From contig CDMY01000218.1 of assembly GCA_001179505.1 (NCBI GenBank), forward strand, positions 100,985 to 164,984: 64,000 bases of DNA. The letters run 5' to 3'. Below the pieces are notes generated by a model, which saw only the letters and a list, made by a program, of their open reading frames with translations, did no database searches and had not been told where the DNA came from. Positions within the stretch are counted from its first letter, which is position 1. Each line of letters starts with the position of its first letter. Position numbers and translations under genes: made by a program. This document shows positions 1 to 13,399 of the stretch, piece after piece. Origin of the DNA: Vitrella brassicaformis CCMP3155. Lineage: Eukaryota > Protista > Chromerida.

Positions 1-292
1 CGATTTTCATGTGTGCACCGGCACATGGCAGACGTCCAGAGAGAGCGGGTCCCGGCCGCGTCGATTCGTTCGAACACAGCAGGAGAGGGGGTGGAGGGGA
101 GCTCGTGAGGGGTGAACACACGCATGCAGAAAGACACACGGACATAGACAGACTGCTGCGTCATCCATGTCTGTGTGTCTGTGTGGGGGGGTCATGTGGA
201 CTCATTTAGGACTCATTCATGTGTTGTGTCAGTGATTAGGCCTCTCAATCAATGCATTACTCTGTGCGCGTGTGCGTGTGTGTGTCATCTGT

Positions 293-3200
293 TCACCCGC
301 AGGCGTCATCCACCTTCCGCAGCCGCCTGCGGGCTGTGGTCTTCGGCTTCACCTTCGCACGCACCTAAACCGCACAAACACACATACATGCAGTTCGACG
401 CGTCGCATGTCGTGTGCACGTCTTTTCTCTCACCTTTGGCTTTGGCTTTGGCTTGGGTGCGTTCTCGTGGGCCGACGAAGAGTCCGATGAGGACGGCTCG
501 CTGATGTCACTCTCGCTCACAGATGAGTCGGACGATGAACCACCATGACGATCATCCTCGTTCGTGCGCTTGGCAGGCCTGCGCTTCGGCTTGGCCTTGG
601 CCTTGCCCCTCGCCGGCTGCACCCTCTTGGCCACACCGCGGTCCTGCAGAGGGACCTGCACACGCACACACACACACAGAGACACTGCATGAGCGAGACA
701 CGGCGTTTGGTATAAGAAATCTGCTGACCATTTCCTCATCCGAGGAGTCCATGATGTCGCCCCCATCGCTGTGGTGTCGTCCGATGTCCTCTCTATCTCG
801 CTGCTGCTTCTTGATCTTGCTGGCAGCTCGGGTGGTGGCCGCCTGGCGTTTCTTGCTCTTGTTGGCTGCGGGTGCTGCAGGTCTGGGTGGTGGGAGTATG
901 GCGCTGCCGATGGGGATGTCGTTCATCGACTGGATGGTGTCGAGGAGCTTCACCAGCGCTGAGGCTTGCTGCTGGAGGGTAGACGCTGTGGCCTTGGGGG
1001 CGGCTGCTGCTGCTGCTGATCGGGTGAGGAGGGAGACACATCATGGATTCATTGTCGGTTTGTGCACTGGTTTATTCTGCTTCTCACTTCCGTCGTCATC
1101 TTGGTCGTCGTTTGCCCGTGCTTGCGGTCCAGCTGCCTTCTTGACGGCATTTTTCAACGCCGTAAGCACCTGAAACATACACCAAAGATGGAAGAGCGGC
1201 CTCTCGTGTGATGCCATCCACAAAGAGGCACACACACACAGAGATACGGACCTGTTTGTGTTGCTGTATGATGCTCTTGAGCAAAGCTTTGTTTGCGTGG
1301 CTCTCGAGCTTGGCTTTTGTGGTTGCGATGAAGTCGTGAGTGACCTGGCAGCTGCTCAGCAGCTTCGCCAGCCGGTGCGCGTGCTCTGGGTGGGCCATCA
1401 ACATCTCAAACAAGACCTTATCCATACCGCACTCTGACACACACACAAACACGGACGAAAAGATATCCACTGGAGACACACACACACACGCCGGCAGACA
1501 GCGCCTGACTGACCATTGCAGAACTTGCTGATGAAGGTCACGAGCCGTTCCCACTCGGAATCGTCGAGGTCGTCCATCGCAAGAGCAGTCGACAGCTGCG
1601 TGCACAGCACACGGACAGCCAGAGTGTGTCGATATGTACCGCCTCCCGCATTCACATTCATTCATACCATTTGGTTGAGGTACACGAGCATGACGTTGCC
1701 GCCTCTTGCCCTGCCCCCGCCCGCTGCGGCCCGTCGGCTGAGTGGATTCTCCATGCTGCTGGTCTTGAGCTTGGACAGATACAGCGACAGCTGGTGCTCC
1801 GTCGCACTCCGCAGACCGCCGTGGCTGCTCACCACACCACTCACCAACTGCACCAAGCCATGATTGTGCACTCATGTCGTGTCTGTGGGTGTGTGGGTGT
1901 GTGGGTGGGTGGGTGTGAGAATGGCTTTCTGCTTACCGCACAACAGACGCCCGAGTCGAGTCGCAGGTGTCCGCTTCTGAGCATGTGGATGAACACCGTC
2001 ATGAGCTGGATCTTGAGCCGCGCAGGCGTGTCATCGGTCGACGCCAACTGGGAGAGCGAGGAATGACATATATGACCGTGTCTCACTCAACCCCCCCGGG
2101 ACCCACCTCCAGCATTGACGGCAGCAGCGTCTCGAGGACCTGCCCATGCGACTGGCCGATGGTGAGCACGAGCCGCACACACATCATCTTGACATCCAGC
2201 AGGGCTGACGAGTCGGCCCGGCGCATCTTGTGGCTGGGGCGGGCACACAGCAGCGAAACAAAGAGGGGCACCACACGATCGGCGAAGTGCGATGACGGCA
2301 GGTGCATCAACTTGGCTGAGAAAGTGGGAAAAGAGACACAGCAGGGGAGGAGGATGGTGTGTTAGCATTTCTGTCCGTCCCTGTGTGCGTGACGGTACCT
2401 GTCGCGTAGATGGCTGCGTGAAGGATGGGCTGTGGGGGCATCTCGGCATTGATGGACTGGACGACGGTCGTCATGACACGGGCAACCAAATCGGCAAAGT
2501 GCGACAGCGGACCTGACGGGGAAAACGATGTCACATCCGTGGCTTCTCTTCTTCTGCTGTCCCACTGACCTTGTTCGATGCACTCGGCCATGACCTTCTG
2601 CAGTGCCCTTTCTCGCATCTGTCTGTGGTTGTCCTGTTCGATGGTGTCCATCTCCTGCTCGCCGTCTGCCGCCACATCACCCTGATCCTCGTTATCCTCC
2701 TCACCCAACACCTCAAGGGGGCAAAGGAGACAACACACACATGATGTGTGTGTGGTGTTGGTGGTGCGCTTGTAATATTTGTCCTGTCGGCTCCTTACTG
2801 TGACGGAGCATTTCTCGTAGTGGGCCTTGCTGGAGTGTGCGTAGAACAATACAGACTCGCCGATGAGGTCCAGAAGCGAGGGCAGCGATGCACTGCACTC
2901 GCCACCACCAAGAATGGCCTGTGCCAGGGGCAGTGGGGAGATCCCCCCCACATACACACATGAACAAAAGGGAGTTTCGCTCCTACCGAGATGTGTTGGC
3001 CGGCATCGATGAGCGTTTCCATGAGTTTCTGTCTCGGCCTCTTGTAGACGAATAGCAGTGACAGCACATCCCTCACCGCAGCACATGGCAACGAACCATC
3101 GACCGCACTCAACCTGACACATAACACAATGTCATCCCATCAGCTCCCCTCTGTGTGCCCGTCTGTCATTGGCTTACTTGTTTCGGATCAGTGTGGGTAT

Positions 3201-6200
3201 GTCTTGGTTTGCGAGAAGGTGTCTCCTGCAGGAGGGCAGCAGGCTCGCCAGGACGACCACACCCGTCACACAACACCTGCACACCAGTACGCAGATACAC
3301 AACAGTACGCACCACATCGTACACGCCTCTCTTAAGAATAGCTTGTGGTCGTCATATCGTCATCCCTTACCGCAGAGCGAACACAGATTGCGTCTCGGTA
3401 TGCTTCAGCAACTTCACGAGTCTGTCGACCATCTCGGCAAACACGTTCTGCATCGCCGCCTTGTGCCGGGCTGCGCGGCGCTGCACCTGTGCACACGCAC
3501 ACACACACACACAATACAGACGCAGGGCCGGATATACTGACACGAGGCCGCCGGCCTGTGTGTGGTTGCCTACCTCCTTTGCGATTTCGTCCACAGATGC
3601 GGACGCGCTGGCTTGTGTCTCGGATGTGTTGCTGTTGGTCGTCTTCTTTCGGGTGAGGGCCTGCTGTGCGCCCGACACGAGTGATGTGACGAGGAGAAGG
3701 GTGTGCAGGGCGACGCCGTCGTGCTCGGGCGGCTCCTGGTCGTCGGGGGACGCTGGGGCGACGCCACTCTTGAAAAGAACCTGACACTCAAGACAAGGCA
3801 GGATGTCTTATTATGTGCACACGCGCGCGTGTGTGTGGTAACCCGCAGTTTGCTTCCACTGGCCTCCTCCTCTGTCTTGGCAGCCGCGTCGAGAGCCCCA
3901 CCATCATCCTGCTGCAGAGAGGTGTGGGCATGGAGGATGATGCACAGAGGGAGGTCGTGCATGTGGGGGGGATTAGCTCACCTGTGCGGCGAGTCGTTTG
4001 AGTGCCTCGGCCGATGCTTTGTGTATGACGTCTCCGGGCAGCCCTTCATCGACTGTCGACAGCACGCGGATCAGCAGATCGCACGGCAGGACGCCATGGC
4101 CGCAGCCTGTCAGCAACAACAATACACAGATTGGTCGCTAATCTATGTGCATTCTGTGTGTCTCGTGTGTGACCGCTGTGTGGTGCGATGTGGTCTAGGC
4201 AGATGTGAGGGGAATACTGACACAGGCACCAAATTAAAGGCAGGCAGTGTGAGTGGCGAAGCGGTGGACGTCTGTGTGGAAACCGCGCATACGAATTCGC
4301 TGGACAGCAGAACTTCGGTGGCACTCCGGATCCCCCTGACACACAGAGACACGGATGTGCGTGGCACATAGAGTGTATGCACTCATTGTGCTAGTGGCTT
4401 ACCACTGGTTGAGTAGAGTGATGACGCTGTCAGTGAACTGCCGCACGTTGCTCCACTTGGGCAGCAGACCGCTCATCAACAGCTGACCACACACACATCC
4501 ATGAGACACACATGACTTATGGCATCGGATCGGTGCGCCCACTTTGACGATGCGCCGCAGTGAGGGAGATCCGAACAGCTCGCCGATGAAGAAATCCAGC
4601 CCCAACTCACACGACAGCACACCTGCATTGAGGGCACACCCACACACGCATGGATGGATTTCCCTCTGTCTGAGGGTGTTGTGTCCCACTTGCGAATCCT
4701 TCAGATGCCTGGAAGACCGCCAGCAGCTCCTGCTCGACGCCCTTGAGCAGCGTGACGTCCTCGGGGGCCGCTGCGACGGACTTGAGAAGCGACAAGAACC
4801 ACATGTTACCCAAACTCGACAACTGCATATGCACACACACATATGCACATCGACAAGCGTCTTCATGACGGCCGCTCTCCCCGCTGCCCTTACCCTTTGT
4901 GTGTCCTCCTCTGCCCATCCTTGCTGCCCATTGTCGATGGAGTGTATGGCGATGATGGTCTTGCGACACGCAGTCAGGGCGGTCATTTTGGCCTTCTTGG
5001 AAGTGTCGGCGCAGCCCCGCTCCAGCAGGGCCGACAGCATGTCGAGCACTGCCGATGGGGGCAGGTGGTGGACGACTGGCTCGATGGCTGATGAGAGTGT
5101 GGTGAATGCCTTGCTGCGGGTGAGGGCGTCGCCGTCGCAGCACAGCAACTCAACAAACGACTGAGGCAGAACAAGGAGGGAGGGAGGGAGGGAGGGAGGG
5201 AGGGGAGAGGGGAGAGGGCAGGTGCAATTCGTCCGTCCCATGGCGATTTACCAGGTCAGGTTCGGTCTCGTCATCGATGTCCTGCAGCTGAACACACACA
5301 CAGGCGCGCGCGCGATACACATGCATGAATACCCTCATATTCTTTGGCCGACTTGTTGGATGAGTATGGGGATGCATCGCGCCACGAGCAGCTTCCGGCC
5401 GGCAGCCTGCTTGAACAGCGAGGGATGTTTCGACAGCACACACGCCAGCGCCGTGGTGAGGTGCTCGCCATGCCGGCAGCGCTTCTCGAGGCCCGTCAGG
5501 AAATCAAACACAGCTGCAACGAACGGACGCACACTGCAGGATACGTGTAAGGGAAGGAGCGGTGTGTATGTTGGCCGACCTTTGTAGGACACGTCTGCGA
5601 GGCAAAGGGATGCGATGATGGTGGCCGCGCGGGAGCCGTCGAGGATAGAGTTGGTCAGGGGCAGCAGTTGCTGGACAAGGCCGACCTTCTGCGCCACACT
5701 GAACGCTGTGGGCAATCCGACACTGACCAACACGACCCCCCCCCCCGCCCCCCCACACAAAGGACACTGATGCAGGCGACCGATCCCTGCCTGTGCACAT
5801 ACGCGGGTACAGCTGTGCAGCATGCTTTGATGGCGGCCACTCCCATTTGGGAGTCCACGCCCACAACCGACAACACACGCACACACGAACTGCACACACC
5901 GACACCAACATAATGACCAACGGAGAACCATCCTGTTGTCACGATACGTCGCCTGCATGCCTCGCCCACCTGACGCAGAGCGCCACGGCGGCCTCTCTCT
6001 CGTTGGGCACGAACCGCTCTGCCGCGAGTGCGAGGGAAGTGGACGTGATGGTTGAGATTGCCTTGAGGCAGTCCAGCAGTGCGCTTGGCGCGTTGGTGCC
6101 GTCGTCACCCTCCATGAGGTCGTCGTCGGCTGGCCGCTTCTTGCCCCTGCCCTTGGCCTTGGCCTTGGCGGCGCCGCCCTTCTTCTTGCCTAGTGCATTG

Positions 6201-6813
6201 GATGCAGACACGGCACCATCTGCGGAGGAGAGGGCCGCAAGGAACACTGAATTGCGTCATTTGTCTGTGGCTTGTCGTGCTGCTCACCGCTGCATCTCTT
6301 GAGGGCCTCGTCGAGCAGCACCAACACACAAAACAACAGCTGCATCACACACACACGAAGGAGGAAACCAAGCTTGAGGTTCTGACTGTCTTGGAAGACA
6401 CGAATCGAAGCTCAGCCACATAGATGACGGCGGGCTGTTCGGTCTCCCGACACATTGCACTGCAGCCGCCTTCGGTGAACCGACACACACGATGAGCCAA
6501 CTGCAGCATAAAACACAGAAACGGCGAATCCCTTGTCATAGCCTGCTGGAGTCATGAGGCGGGGACTTGCCTCGTAGATGCCGTCCATTCCCTCCTCCTC
6601 GCACCGCCTCACGATCAGCACATGTAGGGCAGCGAAGTCGGCGGCGCTCTTCTCCTTGCCGCTCCTGTTGCCCATGGCCGTCGTCACGTGATGGTTCAGC
6701 GCCGTCAGATCTTTGCTCATGAGGCTGGCGTGGGTTGAGGGGGAGATCCATTCTGGCGAAAGGCTGAGGTCACTGAAGATGACCACGCGCTCGCCCGGCT
6801 GCTCGCCCTCCAT
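293..6813 (-). CDS. NCAPD3: Condensin HEAT-repeat subunit, NCAPD3/Cnd1-like (multi-exon)
   Basis: Starts MEGEQPGERV at 6813. Spliced exons around 2450-1700 read ILHAAIYAT.KLMHLPSSHFADRVVPLFVSLL...DVKMMCVRLVLTIGQSHGQVLETLLPSML...RLKIQLMTVFIHMLRSGHLRLDSG..LVQLVSGVVSSHGGLRSATEHQLSLYL, which aligns by eye with the NCAPD3 Cnd1 region (IRAHAIITLGKLCLQ..IPALVREL..VRNNVIIVMCDL..IRKQTLILLTNLL). DGDALTRSKAFTTL matches DKAPTVRSKALSSF. Lys/Ser-rich disordered C-terminus ends VDDACG* at 293. Identity recalled, not searched. Confidence 0.62.
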
Positions 6814-7005
6814 TTTTGTCGGGGAAGCGAGAGGTAGTGTTTACAGGTTTGTAAACACTGTGTGTCCAGAAAACATATACCATTATTTAGAATTCGTGAT
6901 AAAGGAAGAAAGGACGAGTTTGCCTGATGTTGCCGGACCTTCCACCCACCGCTCCCTCCCTCCCGCCAGCTCGGACATCTACCTGCGCATCCGAGGGTAC
7001 GTCAG

Positions 7006-10000
7006 TCATGTGATTGCCCGCGCGGCCCACTTCCGCACCTCCTCGCGCGACCCGGCGAAGACCACCCTCTCCTTGCAGTGCTCACACAGGTACTCCGGCT
7101 CGTCCAGCAGGTCCACCAAAGCTATCCGGTCCTCCCTCTTGCGGCCCTGGTTCTGCCTCTCGATGTCCTCATTCTCCTTACCCCGCCGCACATTCTCAGC
7201 CCGCACTCTCTGGAGGTCCCGCTGCACCTTGCTGCATTGGTCGTCGTAGCACTGCCGGCACACCCGGAGGTGTCTGCAGGGCATGTACATGACCGACGGG
7301 GCCGCGTCGAAGCAGATGGAGCACTCATGCCCATCTCCCTCTTGCTGGGCCGACGGCAGTTGCTGCTGCTGGTAGTGGGGCTGCTGTGGTGGTGGTGGGG
7401 CGGATGAGCTGCTGGACGATGAAGGGGGCTGTTGTTGGACGCTGAGGGCAGCCAGCCTGAGGCAGACAGGACACCGTGCGTGACGATTAATTCGGATGTG
7501 ACACTCGTGTCATTCCTACTTGCGATTGGTCTCCTCGAGTTGCTGTAGGTGGTGCAAGAGGGCCCTCTCGCGTTGCTGCTGCTCCTCCCGCTCCCTCCTC
7601 AGCGCGTCCCTCTCACGCTGCACCTCACACTCAACAGAGGACGGCCCAACCGGCGACCTGCACACCACACCCACAGCACTAAGATATGGATGTGTGGAAG
7701 GATGCAGGCGTTGCTTCCTTCACCTACCCGTGAGCAGACGTGGCCGACTCGGTACCCTGTTGGTCGGCCGAGCAGCTGCGGTCTGCTGCGTAAGTCTCGT
7801 CCGCAGCGAACAGTGGGAAGGGAGGCGGCGGTGGTGAGGGAGGCCCAACTTCGCCGCCAAACTACTCACCATAGTCGCTCCCATCGTCAGCAGCGGTACA
7901 CGGTCCCGCCGACCAGTCGCCACGTAATGCACTGCCGCTCGATGTTGTGGCAGCTGCAGCTGCGGCAGCCGCCATGGTGTGACGGGGGCTGGGAGTGCCA
8001 TTGTAGTTGTGTGTGTGGTGGTGATGGCCGCCAGGTGGGCGGGGCGCGGGCAGCATTGGGGGAGGGGGTGGGGGGAACGGTGGGGGGGTGAGAAGCGCCA
8101 GAGGGCTGAGCAGGAATGACACGTAGATGGTGGATGGAGAAGGTCCTCGTTTGCATACAAGCCCACCTGTGTTGTTTGGCTGACGGGGCTGCCATCGACA
8201 CCGCTTGATGCTCACCAGCTAACCCATTCGATAGGGAGAACACATTGCTCCGACGACCCACAGAGCTGCAGGAACACGGAGAATGATTCATGGTCACGTC
8301 AGCGGTATGGTGCGGCGTGTGCGTGTCTTACGGGGAGGGCATGTTGGCTGCAGCCACTGCGGCAGGACCTTCTACCACACATGGGGATTGATAGGTGGCC
8401 TTGCCGAGGGCACTCGGTGGCGACGAAGTCGAAGAGAGTGGCAGGAGACGGCCATCCGGCGGCTGCTGGGTGGCCACGGGCTTGTTGATGGTCTCCTTTT
8501 TGGGGTTGAATGGTCCGCCGCCATCGTTGCCCTCGTCGCCAGAGACGATGTTTGACGGCACGCACGCCGTCAGCTGCCTGCACCAAGAGGGCAACAACGA
8601 ATGATGTCGTGTGTAGTGTTGCCTGGCGTTTGTGTGTGTTGGTGTGTGTACCCCTGGTTGACAAGGTCATTGGATGGAGCGGCCGCAGATACCGAGGGCA
8701 GGGGTTGCTCATCGGCCGACCCACCGTCGCCCTCCTCCTTGGCCGGCATGGCGCCGTTCTCGTCATCAGACAACTCACCACTGAGAGAACAACAGGAAGG
8801 GGATGGCACACACTCCTCTATGCTCCTCAGACTTACCCTGATTGGTCTACAGGAGCGCTCGACGATGACGCAGCAGCGGGTGCACTGGCTTGCCCCCCTC
8901 CCCCTCTACCGCCCTTGTTCTTCTTTCTGTTGTGTCGCTTCTTCTTCTTTGCTGTGCCACTGCTGGCTGGGTGGGGCGCCTGCGGGTCGTCGTCGAAGGA
9001 CATGTTGGCGATGGCTTTGTTGTAGCGTTCGGTCTCGGCTTTCTCGACGCCATCAAAGATATCGCGCAGCTGCATGGAATGTCAGCCACACCACGGACAG
9101 AGAGAATGACTTATCATGACATCGGCGAAGGGGGCGTGGCGTGTCTGTCCTGGCTGACCTTTGTCAACACGTTGGTGTGTTTGCTCTTCTTGCCACGCCG
9201 CTGCATCTCGCGGAGCGACTTGACAGAATCGAGCTGACCACACGCGCACACAAAGAATACAGAACGCTCCACAGTTTCCTCAATTCCGTCGGCGCCGTCG
9301 ACCACCGTCTCCACGGCGCTCTCAATACGAAGCAGCGGTGCAATGGATGCAGCGGCGCCAGTGAGCGAAGTGGTTGTCAACACGTGCACACGCAGCACGG
9401 CCCTGCATATGACAGAGGCGAACCCAGCCCTGTCGGCGACCTGACGAAGGCCCAAGCACCAACCAATACAGGCAGGGAGAGATTGTATGCCACGCAAAGG
9501 AAGGGCGCCGGCTCCCCACATGCCTACCTACCGGCGGTGAGACGGCCGCAATCCTAGCCATCAGGTCCGTCAGATTAGCGAGGATGGCCAGCCCCACTGA
9601 GGGTGTCCGTGTCAGTCTGTCGTCGTTGACGAGCTTGACACAGATGGCGGGCAGCCCAGAATCGATGAGCGAACCAATGTCATCTGCACACACAGAGACA
9701 CAGCGGATGGCGTCCTTCCTTTCGCTCCCATCTCCCCTTCTCCCCGGCCACTCACCCGTTATGCAGCACTGGAATGGCGTCGCGAGGACGATGCTGATCT
9801 GCGCGGCTCTGTTTACGTCTGGCATTGTGTGCCCGTCGACGAACAGCGGTGGAGGTCCGTCGTTGACGGATGCAAAGATACCCCTGAAGACCTCTGGACG
9901 GAGCACTCTCTCTACGAAGGGCCTGCAGTCGTCCGCTACACACGATGCACCTGCACTCACCACACGTTGGCGCCACACAGCCAGTCGGGTATGTACCGGC

Positions 10001-11146
10001 GCCCTATTTGTTGTCTACGACTCACTCGTTCATAGGTATGCACCTGGGAGATCCTTGGCCGCGGCCATCGGTCGGGAGACGAGCTCGCTGATGAGGCCTA
10101 GCTTGAGCGATGCCGCCCACTTGTCTTCGGCTGTGGCACTCTTGGATCCGATGACGCCCACGAGCTGGTCTACATGGACAAAGGCGTGCTTCTGAAGCGC
10201 ACCACACACGGCCGTCAGCGTCTCAACCGTCGGCACTGAACCACCAAGCATCACCACACACACACATTTGTATGCCTGACGATCTGGACCGACCGACTCG
10301 CGCTCACCGTTGCCGAGCACTGCCGATAGGAACGCGAGCATCGAAGCGCGGTGCGAGTGGTAGGGGTCCATCAAGTTGCTGTGCGACACCGCAAACAGTA
10401 CGTGCAGCAAGGAGAGCCGCAGCCACACCAGGGCCGCCGACGGCTCCACGTCAGCCAGCAAAACCTCGACTAACGACTCCACCATGGTGGCAAGACTATC
10501 GAAGCCATCCCTGACGAGATCAACAACAATATGCAGGCAAGACAAAGAGCGACTCAGGCAGGGGTCACTCATTCTTTGCTGTATGTATTGTTCGTCCAGA
10601 CCTGAGCGCGGCGATCCCAGCGTCCTCCATCATGCCCAGGCAGTCTCCGTGGTTGGCCACCAGATGCTCGTGGAAGTCTCGCGTGTTGCCGATGGCCTTG
10701 CCATATCGGAGGATGCCCAATAGGAGTATGCAGATGACCGAGATGGACTGACGACGCCCCTGGAGTGCCAGCATGAGGTCGACCAGAACGGTCACGAGTC
10801 CCTGCGGCGACCCCTGGCGGGCGATGAGCTCCTGGATGAACGCATCTCTCCTCGCGGCTGGCTCCATCAGCTGTGCCGCCATTGCCAGGCTCATCTCTCT
10901 GATGGCCCAGGGCGCTCCAGGGTCCGTGACGATCACCCAGAGAAATCTCGCGGCACGGGCGACGTTGCCGCACCGAAGGACGAAGCGGTTTAGAATCGCC
11001 AACTTGATGCCTTCTGAGCCGGAATAAGTGGCAAGGCAAACGAGGTGTGTTGCGAAGGCCTGGACATCACTTGCTGCCAGAAGAGCGTCGACTTCAGCCG
11101 CAACGTCATCAGGAAGGGTCAACAAGGGCACGGCCGGGGTGGTCAT
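7006..11146 (-). CDS. ARM/HEAT-like helical protein with C-terminal RING-HC finger (putative E3 ligase)
   Basis: Begins MTTPAVPLLTLPDD at 11146. GT-AG spliced leucine-rich helical exons, low-complexity middle, coiled coil (QRERDALRREREEQQQRER), last exon CSICFDAAPSVMYMPCRHLRVCRQC...CEHC ending RAIT* at 7006. Confidence 0.75.
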
Positions 11147-11499
11147 CGCTACGGACGGGATCTACCAGGGGGCTGCTACAGGGGCTGCATCTGCGCCGCA
11201 AAGAAGAGGCCTGAATGAATTGAATGCAAGATGCAGCCATGTGTGCATCAAATTTTCAATTTTCCTCTCAGCTCTTGCTCACCGCGACAGTGCCTCTTGC
11301 AAACAGCCACCACAGTCAAACGCTTCCGGATCCCTTTTGCTCGCCGCGAGCTTCAAGCTCGCATCCGTCGAGGAGGAACGCGAGGCGGTTTTTGGTTTTT
11401 CTGGAGCGGCGCAAGCGTCGGAAAGCCTCCTGCAAGTGTGTCGCTTGGCAGTGGCCAGTATTGCTGGAGATGCGCACAAGGCCTTGACACCAACTCACC

Positions 11500-13317
11500 A
11501 TGGAGGAGGACGGCGGCGGCCCTTCAGGTCAATACCGAACCACACGCACCGAGTCGCGCCGCATCTGGCGAAAACAGCCCTGTGATCCGTTGTGGTCTCT
11601 ACCATCCTCTCCTCTGCTGGTGTGCTCAGGTCCGTCGACGAGTCGTTCTTCAGGGTTGGGCGATGGGGAGGAGACCGTGGCGGCTCTCAAGGAGAGATAC
11701 GCCGCACAGATGGCAGAGATGCGCGAACGGCTCGCAGAGCTTCAAGCCGACTGGGAAAACCAGGTCAGGCAGGCGCGGGCGTGCACACGCCTCACTGACC
11801 AACGAGGAGAGATGAAGCACAGCACGGCCCCTGTGTTTGCTTCCCTCCCTCCTGTCTGTCGTTAGATCCGTATAGTCAACGACCTGCGTCGGCAGCTGGA
11901 GACAGCGTCGTCGATATCGTCCTTCTCGCCCCGGTCCATGGTGGCCTTCCCGCCATCGCCACGCAGACGGCCGTCATTCTTCGGACTCTCCAACGGCGAC
12001 GTCAGCGACCGCGACAGAGCTGACGCCGCCACGGACAATGGCAATGACGACCTGGGCACCGGCAGGGCCACCGACGATGGGGGGGCGACGGCAGCTGGTG
12101 GTGGTGCCATGGACGAGGCGCAGGCACAGCTCGTCGAGTCTCTGCAGCAGCAGTGAGTGTCGCCTTTCACGACACTAAAGGACATGGCTGGAGCGGCAGA
12201 TGATGTGCTTCCTGTGTGGGTGTGTGGTGTGGTGTGCGGCTACTGTGTGTGTGTGTGTTCAGGATAGTGGAGGTGTCAACGGTTGTAGCGACTCGCGAGG
12301 CGGAGATCCAGAAGCTGCAGGACGGGCTGGACCAGCTGACGTGCGAGAGCCAGCAGCTGCGGGGCCAGCTGTCGGAGAAGGACCAGATGCTCATACGCCT
12401 GCAACACAAAATCATGTGCCTCGAGGTATGCAACACAGGCAGGCGCAATGGAAGCAACCACGCACTGTCTGTCTGTCTGTCTGTGCTGTGCTGTTTGTCA
12501 GGCGTCTAAGAACAGCGGTTCTCCGGTGACGTCTGACTGGTCCATCACTCACGCGTTCCCCCCGGCGCCCATCGGCCTCCCCGCCAAGACCTACCGGCCC
12601 CCATCCACCCCCTCCATTGACCACCCCCTCCGCCCCATCTGCTCCGACCACGACCTCATGATGCGCGAGAACGCCACTCCCAATGTCATCCCCTGGTCGC
12701 CACAGCTCGTGCGCCCATTCGCATGTCGCACCACAGCCAAGCGGAGCAGCCCCCCCTCGCCATCCGCGGCCCACCACCATCACACGTATCGGTCGTTCCA
12801 CCGGGGGTATTCCCTCACGCTGCCCCGGGAGCCGGAGCCGCTGGGCGAGCAGACGCCGCCCGGAATCAGCCGGGTATTTGCGGCCATCGAGAGGATAGAG
12901 GAGCCCGTCAGCCCCCCCATGCGCGGCTACGTCAAGAGGTCCTTCTCGATGCCCGTCAACCACCCTTCCATGATCGTCAGCCTCCCCCCGCTCTCCCAGG
13001 AACCGGACACCGTCTTCGTCCTCAGCAACATGCAGCACCAGCAGCAGGGCGAGGAGGGGGAGGGCGAGAGCAGCAAGCTCCACGCCACCACCAATGGCAT
13101 TGACGGGGGGTGCGGTGGCGGTCTGCGGATGCGCGAGATGCCCACTCACCACCACCACCACCACCATACCGAGGCGACGTCGACCGAGGCCGAGTCGCGT
13201 GACAGCGGGGGGTCGCCATCGTTTTGCGTCAAGGTGGTGGATGAGGCCATCCCTGTGGTGGTGGATGCGGGCACCTCAGACCGACTGATGACGCCGCGGG
13301 GGGACCATGACATGTAA
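11500..13317 (+). CDS. Hypothetical coiled-coil protein with Pro/Ser/His-rich C-terminus (4 exons)
   Basis: In-phase GT-AG exons: ETVAALKERYAAQMAEMRERLAELQADWENQ / IRIVNDLRRQLE..QQQ / IVEVSTVVATREAEIQKLQDGLDQL..CLE / ASKNSGSPV..DHDM*. Start codon uncertain. Confidence 0.7.
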
Positions 13318-13399
13318 GCGCACAGGGGAGAGAGGCGAGAGCAAGGCGGCGCATGACATCGCTCGGTCATCCGCTGTGTTGTGTTGTCTCCGTTCATCC

